A stretch of 64,000 nucleotides of DNA from Octopus sinensis (taxonomy: Eukaryota), in contig NC_043021.1 in the NCBI RefSeq assembly GCF_006345805.1, positions 9,610,001 through 9,674,000 on the forward strand. The letters are read 5' to 3'. This document shows positions 38,158 to 51,621 of the stretch, piece after piece. Under the pieces are notes generated by a model. The model had not been told where the DNA came from, searched no databases, and worked only from the letters and a program-made list of their open reading frames with translations. The translations under genes and the position numbers were made by a program. Every line of letters starts with the position of its first letter. Within the stretch, counting starts at the first letter, position 1.

Positions 38158-38531
38158 GAAAATTGTTACAAAACTTTTTTTTTTCTTTGGTCAGTAAGTG
38201 TTATTTCCTATTTGCTTCTATCTAGAAATCAAAGGAAATGACCACTGTTCCCTTCAAATTATGCTTTTCTGACCTGGACTTCAATGTTTTGAAACTGATT
38301 CAGTGCCGCGTTGCTGAAGCAGAAATACCAACCATTATAGCAAATATTCTGCTCAATACCACAGATTTGCTTGTCAGTTGCTTGACCTTAACCACTTGAG
38401 CTTAGTGGCTGACAATATATGCATCTCTGATGATGAGCAGAAGTATTGGGGGAGCATCTGGCCAGTTTGAACATAAAATATGGGGAATGTTTTTGCTGGA
38501 TGTGGCTAATTTAAATGTTGAAGAATTGTGA

Positions 38532-38789
<258 letters not shown>

Positions 38790-39173
38790 TAGTGGCTGTA
38801 AGGGAAAAATGTTGGATTAGTAACCACATGGTTGTGAGTTCAAATCTTACTACTGTAGCCAATATATTACATGAAATACTGTCATTTTGCTATTAAGAAT
38901 GTGTGTGTGTGTGCATACACATATATACCATATATACATATATACGCATACACACACACACATACTGTGCCAGGCCAACCAAAACATTGTCAGTGAATTT
39001 GGTTGACAGAAACTGAAAAAACCCATTGTATATATATCTTAGCAGACTGTATATCACTAAAGTATATATGTCATTGAAAGCCTTCTAAATTGTGGTACTT
39101 GTCTTGAGAAAACCTCTTTTAGAGGCATATAGTGTTTTAAAAAAAGAAAGAAAAAAGCGGGTTCACCTGGGAG

Positions 39174-39502
39174 CACTGTCTGAATAACAGACAGGATGGT
39201 CATGACTAGAATGTCTTTGATCGTAGGCTTCCTACTATATGAGGGTTGACCTGGTAGCTAAGTGTTCTAGACACTCTGTCTGAATAACAGACAGGATGGT
39301 CATCACTGGAATGTCTTCAATCATAGATCTGCTACTGTACCAGGGTTGACGGTCATCTCTGGATTGTCTTTGATCATAGGCTTCCTACTGTATGAGGGTT
39401 GACCTGGCAGCTAAGTGTTCTAGACACTCTGTCTGAATAACAGATAGGATGGTCATCACTGGAATGTCTTCAATCATAGATCTGCTACTGTACCAGGGTT
39501 GA
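39174..39502. repeat. Compound tandem repeat in LIX1L intron
   Basis: ctgtctgaataacaga(c/t)aggatggtcat at 39176, 39276 and 39429; sub-unit of about 53 bp ending agggttga. Confidence 0.8.
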
Positions 39503-39556
39503 TCTTTGGGCTAAAACATCATGAAATAGTTTAGGTTTCCATTCAAATTCATGTGA

Positions 39557-39892
<336 letters not shown>

Positions 39893-40514
39893 TGACAAAA
39901 TTGTTAGTATGCTGGACAAAATACTTAGTGCTATTTCACCTGTCCCTACATTCTGATTTCATATTCCGCCGAGGTTGACTTTGCCTTTCATCCTTTCGGG
40001 GTCGATAAATTAAGTACCAGTGAAACATTGGGGTCGATGTAATCAAGTAGTTCTCCCCACAAATTTGAGGCCTTGTGCCTCCAGTAGAAAGGATCATCAT
40101 TATTATTATTATTATTATTATTATTCAGTAGTCTTATTTTTATCATGTACTTTCACTGCATGACTGAGTGCAGCTCTGTGTGCCTTGGGTATGTGCTGTG
40201 ATTTGTTGTAGTGCTTTTATTTTCACTGTATTGAAAGTACTTTACAGAGGATGTTGCAGTAACCAGTAGTACTATTTTCTCTATGTTATATACAGTTGTA
40301 AGTCCTTGTATGTTTTTTATCATACCTAACGTACCTATTATTATTATAAGGATTGTTTCTGTTTTTAGGCTCCACATTCAGATTATCTTTATTCCCAGAT
40401 CTTTGTATTTTGAGAGTTTCTCCATTTCTTTTGAGATACATTGTCATCTGTTGAGATTGATACATCGATGAGAAGGCATTTGTTCTTGATGGTCTCTGAC
40501 AACTATATCCAGTC

Positions 40515-40550
<36 letters not shown>

Positions 40551-40734
40551 GCAGAACCTGTGAATATTTGACGGAATTAATGATAAACTTATTGGGTTAT
40601 TTCTGAAAACTTTATCCAAAAAAACCTGAAAGCGTAGCCTGTGTTGTCTGTATCTAAAGATAGTTGCTCATCTGCTATTCATTGAAAAGTGAAGGAAATT
40701 GGAATACAACAATTACTTAATGCATTTTATATAT

Positions 40735-41281
40735 ACATTTTATATAAAGGAAAGAAAAAGGTCAATAAATACTTGCCATTACATTTTTAATCAACCAAAT
40801 ATGAACCATTATGTTGCACAATGCGTCTCCATCTTTCCTTTAACTTGAAAATACCCTCTTCCTAGAATTGAGGCGGTTTCATGACAAAGAATTCATCAAG
40901 GTATCTTTTTACGTCATCTAAGGAATTGAAATTTTTACCATTAAGACTATTCTGCAGAGACCTGAATAAGTGGGAATCCGAAGGAGCAATATCTGGTGAA
41001 TATGGAGGGTCAGGTAACACATCCCAGCTGAGCTGCAGCAATTTTTGTCTGGTTCCCAAAGCATGAAGTGCTGAAAATGAACTTTCTTATCTTCCATTTT
41101 AAATGGTTACTGAATTAATACAGGTTATAGGAACATAAACCTTCTTCCACGAAAAGATAGCTTAAACTATGCTCTAAATGGAGGTGTAGTCAAATCCTAT
41201 TTTATGGACTCAACCATGTTCTAAAATAAGTCGAAAGGCAAGCTACTATAAATCGGCACGAACTTTCCGGACAACCTAATA
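40735..41281 (-). mobile_element. Internally deleted mariner
   Basis: 5' TIR (minus) tattaggttgtccggaaagttcgtgccgatt; MEDKKVHFQHFM start at 41097 fused directly to TRQKLLQLSWDVLPDPPYSPDIAPSDSHLFRSLQN; 3' TIR not found. Confidence 0.85.
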
Positions 41282-41604
41282 TTTTATGCACAATTTTATA
41301 GACTTAATACACATCACTCTCCTTCTTTCTCTCTCGTTCTTCGCCTTACCTTCTTTTCCTCTCCTTTTTCTTCCACTCTTTGCCTTTCCCTTCAACTAAT
41401 TACATGAAAGCGTTACAGATGGGCTAAGTAACAGAGGTAAAAAACTTAGTTCAAAACAAACAAAAAAATTACACATTTCATTCACCACCATCCCTCCTTC
41501 CCCTATCTCCCCTTTCCCTCTGCAACTAATCTCATGGAAGCATTACAGATGCTTCCATGGGATTAACAGAGGAACAAACAGAATTATAAGATTATGGCCA
41601 CAAT

Positions 41605-41980
41605 ACTCTTTTACTTGTTTCAGTCATTTGACTGTGGCCATGCAGGAGCACTGCCTTTAGTCGAAGAAATCGACCCTGGGACTTATTCTTTGTAAGCCTA
41701 GTACTTATTCAATCAGTCCCTTTTACCAAACCGCTAAGTTACAGGGACGTAAACACACCAGCATCGATTGTCAAGCGATGTTGGGGGACAAACACAGACA
41801 CACAAACATATACATACATATACATATATATACATATACAACAGGCTTCTTTCAGTTTCCGTCTACCAAATCCACTCACAAGGCTTTGGTTGGCCCGAGG
41901 CTATAGTAGAAGACACTTGCCCAAGATGCCATGTGGCTGGTAGGCAAACTACTTACCACACAACCACTCCTGCGCCTATG
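41605..41980 (-). mobile_element. SINE A in LIX1L intron
   Basis: Similarity to the 6893 copy. Confidence 0.88.
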
Positions 41981-42294
41981 GGGAAGATGTACTAAGTTGG
42001 AGCTCCATAATTTGTGTTTAATCAAGTGTTTCAGCTCGTTTGTGGTGGTAAAATTTCTGTGAAATTACACCCCCTTTTGGGGGGTGTAGCTCAGTAAATA
42101 TTTGTTTTGCATTTTTGTGAAATCAAGAATTCACATATTTTTATCCAATTTTTGAAAAATGTCAGAGTACAACAGAATAATAATAATCAATGGAGAGCAC
42201 CAAACGCAGCTGCGGTTGGAGATGGAATTGATTTATCGTCAAAGAGAAACAGGATTTCATCTCGATGCTCTATGACAGCGATAACAAGTGCAAT

Positions 42295-42485
42295 GATATT
42301 AGCAGCAGCAGCAAAGATATTGCTAACAACAACAACAACAATAACAACAGCTGTAGCAACAGTGTGTACAGCAGCAGCAGAAACAACAACAACAAGAGCA
42401 ACTGTATCGACAAGAACATGAACAGCAAGATCAAAAACAAAAACAACAAAAAGAGTAATGCAGATATCAATCATCATCATCATCA
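42295..42485. repeat. CAA/CAG/CAT trinucleotide low-complexity tract
   Basis: Direct reading. Confidence 0.85.
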
Positions 42486-42815
42486 TCGTTTAACGTCCGC
42501 TTTCCATGCTAGCATGGGTTGGACGATTTGACTGAGGACTGGTGAACCAGGAGGCTGCACCAGGCTCCAATCTTGATCTGGCAGAGTTTCTACAGCTGGA
42601 TGCCCTTCCTAACGCCAACCACTCCGAGAGTGTAGTGGGTGCTAAAAAGCACGGGGGCCAGTCAGGAGGTACTGGCAAGGACCTCGCTAGAACCTTTTTA
42701 CACATGCCACCGGCGCAGGTGCCAGTAAGGCGACGCCGGTAACGATCACGCTCGAATGGTGCCTTTTACATGCCACCGGCACGGAAGCCACTTAGCCACT
42801 CTGGCAACGATTGTG
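42475..42815 (-). mobile_element. Retroposon family C in LIX1L intron
   Basis: Similarity to the 12085 copy. Confidence 0.8.
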
Positions 42816-43119
42816 GTAACTGTAATCGGAACTCTGGAAAACAACACAACAACAACAACAGCAGCAGTAACAATAACATAAAGAACCACAACACCGCCAT
42901 ATTTATATGGCAGGATTGTTAGCACAGTGGGCAAAATGCTTGGCAGCTTTTCAACCATTTTTACATTCTGAGTTCAAGTTCCACTGCGGTCAACTTTCCC
43001 TTTCATCCTTTCTGAATTGATGAATAAGTACCAGTTGAGTACTGGGGTCTATGTAATCAAGTAGTGCCCCCCCCTCGCCTAAAATTCTGGGCCTTGTGCC
43101 TATAATAGACAGGATTGTT

Positions 43120-43497
43120 ATTTATTACCACTTCCTCTCGAAGGCAGAGGTATTGTTTTCAGTCATGTTTGTTTGTTTGTGGATAAGATATCTCAAGAAA
43201 CACTGGATGGAATCGGATGAAGCCTTCAGGGATGTTTGGCCTCATGACTGGTACAAAGATATTAGATTTTGGGATTCACCCAGTACTAAACAAGGATTCT
43301 GGATTATATTACCTGTTTTTTGTTGTTTCTTTTTACTTAATTTTTGAGAGCATTCGGGTTCATTTTTAGTATTCTTGTCTGTGAGAGCAATCGAGTTTAT
43401 TTCAGATATTCTCATTTTTAAAATCATCTCCAGCTAATCATTGAGAGGATGCTGGTGTTTCCTTGGCAAAGGTTTGCACTCTCTGAGTGCTCTTATT
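43120..43497. mobile_element. Non-autonomous Helentron/HINE-like element (tentative)
   Basis: Starts ttattacc..aaggcagaggtattgttttc and ends ccttggcaaaggtttgcactctctgagtgctctt, resembling subterminal-inverted-repeat Helentron derivatives. Confidence 0.4.
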
Positions 43498-43539
43498 ATT
43501 ATTATTATTATTATTATTGTGGAAGACAATAATAATGTT

Positions 43540-44389
<850 letters not shown>

Positions 44390-44426
44390 AGGAAATCTCA
44401 CATTAGATAGAACAGTGCTGATAGTA

Positions 44427-44880
44427 CATCTCCTTGTCTCCTCCTCCCTCTTCGATCTTAATCTGTCCATCATCGTCTCTTAAATTTAGCAAGATTGCCA
44501 CCAGCTTTGTCACCTTCCTGATGCTGTGAATCTACATGACTTCTGGTGAACTGAACAGGAAAAGATAGAGATAAAAAAACTCTGCAGACATTGCATCTTG
44601 TCTGTTCCCTCTTCAATCCCAACTTTGTCTCTATCATCATTTCCTAAATTTTGCAAGATTACCGCCAGCTTTGTTGTCTTTCTGAATGCTGTGAGTTTAA
44701 AATGGTTGCTGGTGATCTGAAAATGCAAAAAGGAAAAAAAGAAAAAATACAAATTTGCTAAAATACAGCAGATAAAACATCTCCTTGTCTGCTCCATCTT
44801 CAGTCATAATCTTGTCTTCTATCAGTTCTTAAATTTTGCAAGATTACCACCAGCTTTGATGTCTTCCTGATGGGGTGAAC
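44427..44880 (+). repeat. Three diverged units of about 100 bp in the probable LIX1L 3'UTR
   Basis: Shared core ..taaattt(t/a)gcaagatt(a/g)cc(a/g)ccagctttg..t(t/c)ctga..; units start at 44427, 44594 and 44778. Confidence 0.7.
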
Positions 44881-44883
44881 TGA

Positions 44884-45302
44884 AATAAAATTAATGTTAC
44901 AATGGCTGCATTTAAAATGCTTTGAACACCAAACAATTTCAACAAGTATTTCATATATTGTAGCCATTTCCAATTGAAGGGGGTTCAATCATTGTATCAC
45001 AGCTTTTAGTATTGATCCCTTTCATTACACTTGTTACAATTTTAGACTTTTTGGTTTGTTTTGGGGTTTATCTTTTTTTTTTATGAACAAAGGATTTTTT
45101 TGCCTCATCACAACCATCTTTGAATCAGACGTTGCAATTCTTTCATTGTTTTCTGCCTTCTTGTGCCAACTCTTGTTGTATTATGGATACGTTATTGTTC
45201 TTGTGTATGTGTGTGCATGTATGTATGTGTGTGTGTGACAAAGAGTGAGAGAAAGAGAGACTGAATTGAGGAAAATCATTGTTACTCTTACCATACAATA
45301 AA
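44884..45302 (+). promoter_or_regulatory. Candidate polyadenylation signals (AATAAA at 44884 and 45297)
   Basis: Motif only, in AT-rich DNA; no transcript evidence. Confidence 0.25.
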
Positions 45303-45435
45303 CACCTTATATCTATGTGTGTGTGTAATATATATATATATATATGTATATATATATTTATATGCATACACCTGATTGAGTGGACAATTGAAAGAAAAGG
45401 GCACTCAATACATGTAGTGGGTGTTACATGTATTA

Positions 45436-45597
45436 TTTAAAACCGTTTGATTGAGTTCCAGTAACTTAGTTTCATAAGCCTCTAACAGAAGCCTGTCCCT
45501 TTCAGGTTTTCGGTTCAGTAATCGAAAACCTGAAAAAGACAGCCTCTGTTAGAGGCCTGAGAAACTTCATCGCATGGAACCGAATCAAACTTTTAAA
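45436..45597. repeat. Imperfect foldback of about 160 bp
   Basis: Perfect core tttcaggttttcg / cgaaaacctgaaa around a 10-nt loop; degenerate outer arms. Confidence 0.75.
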
Positions 45598-46502
45598 TAA
45601 TATATATATATATATATACACACACACATATGCACTCACACAAATATATATATATATATACACATGCACTCACACATACATACAAATAAACACATATATA
45701 TCATCAGCATCATCATGTTTATTTTATTTATTTTCATTTTTATCCTTATTTATCAACTATTTTGTATTGAATTACATCTTCTACTTATTAGCTTCTTTGT
45801 CATGCCAAAAAATAACTTGCATCATAAAAGTAACTGGGCATTTGTTTTTTTAAAGCCCCATACATCACAGAAATATAACGTCTGAAATATTTTCTTTTTC
45901 TTTTTATTATTATTATTATTATTATAATTTTTACTGCCTGAATTTTTTTTCCCCCAGAGACTGCCTGCCTAGGTGGTGTTAGATCTTTGGACTAAATGTT
46001 TTTTTTTGTGTTCCATGTCCCCTATTTTATTACCAGTAGCAATGTATTTGCGTTAACTTATGTCCATTATACCACACCACACCAGTTGCCACTACCACCA
46101 AACATTGGCCTTGAATCTTTTACAAAGAAACTAAAAGCAAAGAATTTTCAGAATCAGCTAAAATAAGTTGCAGCTATCAGAAGCCGATTGAAATGTTGAA
46201 TTACCTGCCCTTGGCCACAAATGCACTGTGGCAGGAGAATGTTGTGTGCTGTCGCCAATGGATGATGGCCAACATGAACTCATAACCAGTTGGTTGACAT
46301 GTTGGTAGGTTTTCTTTCTGAGCTAGAGTAACTTGTTTCAAAATGTGTATTTGTGTAAATAGATTTATACTAAGCTTGAGTCAATTTACTATAAATTGCG
46401 ACAAACTGCAAACAGAATATAACAGTGATTTATACATATACATACATGCATAATGTATAGATATACATACATACATATACACATACATAATGTGTGTATG
46501 TG

Positions 46503-46851
46503 TACGTATATATATATATAAAAGAATACAAAAAATAGAACAAGAATACAACAGGCGACAACAAGGCATCCAGACAGATGATACAAAAAGGGACAAGAAA
46601 AAACAAGGACGGGTCATTTGGAGTTTCCTATCTTCAGTTGAGTTCCAGATCTTCTCAACAGTTTCGGCTATAACCAGTATAACCAGCCAAAACTGTTGAG
46701 AAGATCTGGAACTTGACTGAAGATAGAAAACTCTGAATGACCTGTCTTTGTATTTTGTTGTCACTTTTTGTATCGTCTAACTGTCTGGATGTTTTATTGT
46801 CACCTGTTGCGTTTTTGTTCCATTTTTTGTATTCATTTTTATATATACGTA
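46503..46851. repeat. Imperfect foldback of about 350 bp
   Basis: Arms of about 165 bp centred on gctataaccagtataaccagc. Confidence 0.85.
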
Positions 46852-46873
46852 TAGCGGCGTACATACACTTTTA

Positions 46874-46960
<87 letters not shown>

Positions 46961-47597
46961 ACACATATGTGCATGAGGATAACTACGTAAAACAAATCAT
47001 ACAAAACTGCACATGCACTGACTCCAAATACTGCACACATAAACACAGATGCAAAAATACCTTGTTGTTTTTGTTGAAATTGCAATGGAGACGTGGACCT
47101 AGGTTAGAAGCCGGCTCTTTCTCTATTGGCAAGAAATCTGAATAATGACATACATACACTCAATTACATGAGGAGCAAACACTTGATTTGACAGACTAGC
47201 AGAGGGAAAATGTGTCCATGAATGCCGAAGGTCTTTTAAATTGGAGGTTATATAGGGGTTTGTTTTTCTTATTTTTAATATGAAAAACCAAAAAAGATTT
47301 AATAGCATATACTCTACTGCACAAAATGAAATTTTTGAAATACAAATTATGGTGATGTAATTTTTATATCCCTATTTTGACAATGGCATTGAAAAGAATT
47401 TTACTGCAACTGTAGTGGTTATACAGTACTGTATTTATTATTGTTCAATCTGTTAATCTGAAATCATTTATATCAAGGTCAAGTGTTTACCGTCTATAAA
47501 CACACACACTATATATATATATATATATATATATGTATCTGTGTGTGTGTATATACATACATATATATAAATATATATATGTATGTATGTATATTCA

Positions 47598-47719
47598 TTA
47601 TTCTTATACAAGAATGTTGTTGACAGTGACTTTGAAGTTGTGGCCAGCTTAGACATTGTCTGATGATAGCTGGGCAAAACTCCAAAGTCACTGTCAACAA
47701 CATCCTTGTATAAGAATAA
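47598..47719. repeat. Foldback with 52-bp arms
   Basis: ttattcttatacaag..ccagct / agctgg..cttgtataagaataa; a one-armed relative lies near 50915-51030. Confidence 0.8.
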
Positions 47720-48146
47720 TAAATTTGTACTCTACAAAAGTATTGAGTGACCCATCAGATCAATGTAAAATTTTTTGTGTGGGTTTTGAATTGTCATAGA
47801 TAGGTGTGTGTATGTGTTTGTCAAATGGTTGTTTCTCATTTGCAATGTCCTCTTCATGGTTTAATAGGAAATCAACAGAAACAGCCACTTTCTACACTAA
47901 ACTACAAAGAAAGAGTATTAAGAAATGTTGTTGCCAGGAATGTGGGAGTAATAGTTGCGCAAGCAAAAACCCTAAGGGGTCGGCTTTTGTTGGTGTGACA
48001 AGGAGCAGTATCAAACTTAACACAACGTGCATATGTAATCCGATTCCATGCTAGCATGCTAAGAATATATTTGATATTCCATCTTAATGTGTTTAACCGA
48101 CATAGTGACATTATAATATGGTGTACATATATTGTATAGTCTTGAT

Positions 48147-48495
48147 CAGTGTTTCTCAACCTTTTTACACTTGCGTGACCCTTAAAATACATTACATGTA
48201 TAAGGAACCCCCGGCACAAAAAATATATACCATATCTTTCTCATATTTTTTCATTGTAGTTCATGTGGTAAATATCACATATATATATATCCCCAATGGT
48301 TGTTATATTTTTTTGGTAACATAATAGGTTAGATAGGATGATGTTTATATTACAATAACCAATAATATGTTGTGTATGTATAGTAATATTAAGATCATGA
48401 AATTAGCATTAGCTTATCTTGCTATTTCTCACGGAACCCCTGGGAACCTTTTGTGGAACTCTAGGGTTCTGGAGAACCTCGGTTGAGAAACACTG
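48147..48495. mobile_element. hAT-Charlie-like MITE
   Basis: TIR cagtgtttctcaacc / ggttgagaaacactg; 8-bp TSD gtcttgat / gtctagat fits the NTCTAGAN target. Confidence 0.82.
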
Positions 48496-48650
48496 GTCTA
48501 GATAGATATATAGATAGGTAGATAGAGCATCATTATCGTTTAATGCCCATCTCCCATGCTGGCATGGGTTGGACAGTTTTACCCCATGTCAGCATGGAAA
48601 ACTGATGTTAAATGATGATGTGTGTGTGTATGTATGTATGTGTGTGTGTG

Positions 48651-48686
<36 letters not shown>

Positions 48687-49494
48687 GATGTGCACGCACA
48701 AACATTAGTTGTAGTTAACACAATTGGAACCCTCAACACACAGACCCAAATTCTCAGACTTGTAAGTAATTTTATTGTTTGACAGTCGGACAAGATGTGG
48801 TGGGAATATATACTTTTCCCTATTACAACCATATCGTAAAATACAAAAAAAAAGAAAAGAAAATCCATACTTTTATGGGAGAAATGGAAAAAAATAATTA
48901 AATAGTATTTCATATCTTGCCAAAAATTTGCCTTTTATTTGACTATATTTTATTTATTTTTTTTTGTGTGTGTGTATTTTGTTCGAAAATTACTCTTCAG
49001 TTCTATTGAATATTTTACACTTAGTATTCTATCTTACTATATCAAGCAACATAGTAACATTATAATACAATATGCATACACTATAACTTTTATATAAAGT
49101 TTAAAGCTCTTCACCTCAGATTTCTTGATGCCAAAATTTCCTGCTTGTTGTTATGGTTTCTTAGCAGTTTTAAAGGCCAAAGTTGGAGTGAACGGGTGCC
49201 GTAGGTGTCGTATGGATTGTGATCATTAAAATTGATAATGGCTAAAATGTGATGCGGGGACCATTTCCTCATTCTAATTAAATGTGAATGAAAGGAGTTT
49301 TCTCTTTGATTCACATCAAGCTGCAGAAGTCAGGTGTCCGGCTGTTTTGTGATCAGTCCAGCGATTATTGATAGGTCTGTCCAGTTGCTAAATAGATTGG
49401 GTTTTGTTGTAATATAATAGAAATTGCCAACATGTAACTATTATTATCAGTGAATTAGAGAATGATAGTGGGGACAGAAACGGGTGTCTTGTTT

Positions 49495-49712
49495 CTGGCG
49501 GCGAGCTGGCAGAAACGTTAGTACACCAGGCGAAATGCTTAGCAGTATTTCATCTGCTGCTACGTTCTGAGTTCAAATTCCGCCGAGATCGACTTTTCCT
49601 TTTGGGGTCAATAAATTAAGTACCACTTACGCATGTAATCGACTTAATCCCTTTGTCTTGTCCTTGTTTGTCCTCTCTATGTTTAGCCCCTTGTGGGAAA
49701 TAAAGAAATAAG
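49495..49712 (+). mobile_element. SINE B
   Basis: Similarity to the 10696 copy. Confidence 0.85.
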
Positions 49713-49959
49713 AATTTACCATATATTCAGCCATGTATTCATTCTGTGGCATCTTTGGTGATAGTTCCAACTACGTGTGTACTACCTTTTGCACTTTAGT
49801 GATAAAACCACTGGAAACTACCACCTGTGTACATGCTACTACTTTGGTGATATTACCAGCTGTTTGTATCCTACCTTTTATGCTTTGATATAATAACTAT
49901 TGGATATACCTGCTTAACAGCAGTTTTCTATTATTTTAAATCAGAGTAATTGGTGTAGG

Positions 49960-50282
49960 AGCACTCCATCGGTTACGACGACAAAGGTCCCAGCTGATAC
50001 GATCAACGGAACAGCTTGCTCGGGAAATTAACGTGCAAGTGGCTGAGCATTCCACAGACACTTGTGCCCTTAACGTAGTTCGCAAGGAGATTCAGCGTGA
50101 CACAGAGTGTGACAAGGCTGGCCCTTTTTTGAAATACAGGTACTACTCATTTTTGCCAGCTGAGTGGACTGGAGCAACATGAAATAAAGTGTTTTGCTCA
50201 AGGACACAACGCGTCGCCGGGAATCGAACTCACAACCTTACAATCACGAGCCGAACGCCCTAACCATTAAGCCACGCCGCCC
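49960..50282 (-). mobile_element. SINE with a family-D-type 3' module and a different central module
   Basis: Shares the cagcgtgacacagag..gacaaggc..gccc tail with the 28040 copy; central part matches 27293-27510. Confidence 0.7.
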
Positions 50283-50694
50283 TCACAAGTAATTGGTGTA
50301 AGATGTTATTAAAAGTTATTTATGCTAAGAGCATTAATTATCTTCTCTTTGTTATAGAGGAATCTCATTCTCTGTCTGTCCCCTCTCTGTCACTTTTCTC
50401 TGCTCTCTTTGTCTCCTCTCCTCTTGTTTTCTTTTGCACCCATCCTCTTGTGTAACAAACATATTTATAACCACACTCATTACTTCAGTGCTTTGTTATT
50501 AGATTGTTCTGCTGACATTTCCTTTTCAACACAGCTGATTGAAGTCATCTTGGATTTGCTTTCAATGAAAGCCTAGATTAAACACAATCTGATATTTCAC
50601 CAACACTCTTTCACGTGTCTGCAACTTCTTATCAATTCTGGTATTTTGTGCATAGAAAAAACATTTTTAATTTTATTAAATACAACACCAAAAA

Positions 50695-50850
50695 TTAGAT
50701 ATATATATAGACATATACAGATATAGATAGATATAGACATATATAGATATAGATAGATAGATATATATAGATAGATAGATATAGACATATATAGATATAG
50801 ACATATATAGATATAGACATATATATAGATAGATAGATATAGACATATAT
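50695..50850. repeat. ATAG/ATAGAC compound microsatellite
   Basis: Direct reading. Confidence 0.9.
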
Positions 50851-51621
50851 AAATATACAAACACACACAAATATATATATGTACATATTCATATACACAC
50901 ATGCACAAATATATTATTCTTTTACAAGTATGTTGTTGACAGGGACTTCAAAGTTTCAGCCAGCTGAACCATCTCGTACTCTACAAAAGTATAGTGTAAC
51001 CCATCAGATGAATGTAAAATTGTTTTTATTATAACTGAACATAACAACAAACGTTAATGTATGTATGTGTTTGTGCTGTTGTAGGGCCGTGAGTTAGCAC
51101 AGTAGGGTAGAGCAACAGATCTCGTGCTTTGTGATATTTAGTTACGTCCCTTCACGTTGAGAGTTCAAACCCCCATCGAGCTTGGCTTTGCCTTTCATCC
51201 TCTCAGCGTCGATGTGATGCCAGTCAAGCGCTGGTGGGCTGGAGGAGCAGGAGGAGGAGGAATCAATGTGCCTCCACCCCGCAGCCCCTAGATTTGTGGC
51301 AGTGTTTCCATCTATGTTAGAAATAAATATATGACATATATCTTAAAAATTTTTTTTATGGTGACGTTAAGGATGTGCAAATAAAGCTCCTATTTCAATG
51401 AATCGATGACAATGATCAACCGGATGGCCATGGGATAATTTGGACTATCTCGTACTCATCCCAAGGATATGGACCCTGATGTTGAAGTCATGTGATTTGT
51501 GAAAACATGCATAGTGATGTATTAAATATTTACAAATTCCATCCTAGAATTATTATTTATATATATATATATAAGCACACATACATATGTGTGTGTGTGA
51601 ATATATATATATATATATATA

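Noticed and set aside
42107-42531. Poly-N/T/S ORFs inside the LIX1L intron
   Set aside because: Trinucleotide low complexity, no recognisable domain, and they run into a retroposon tail
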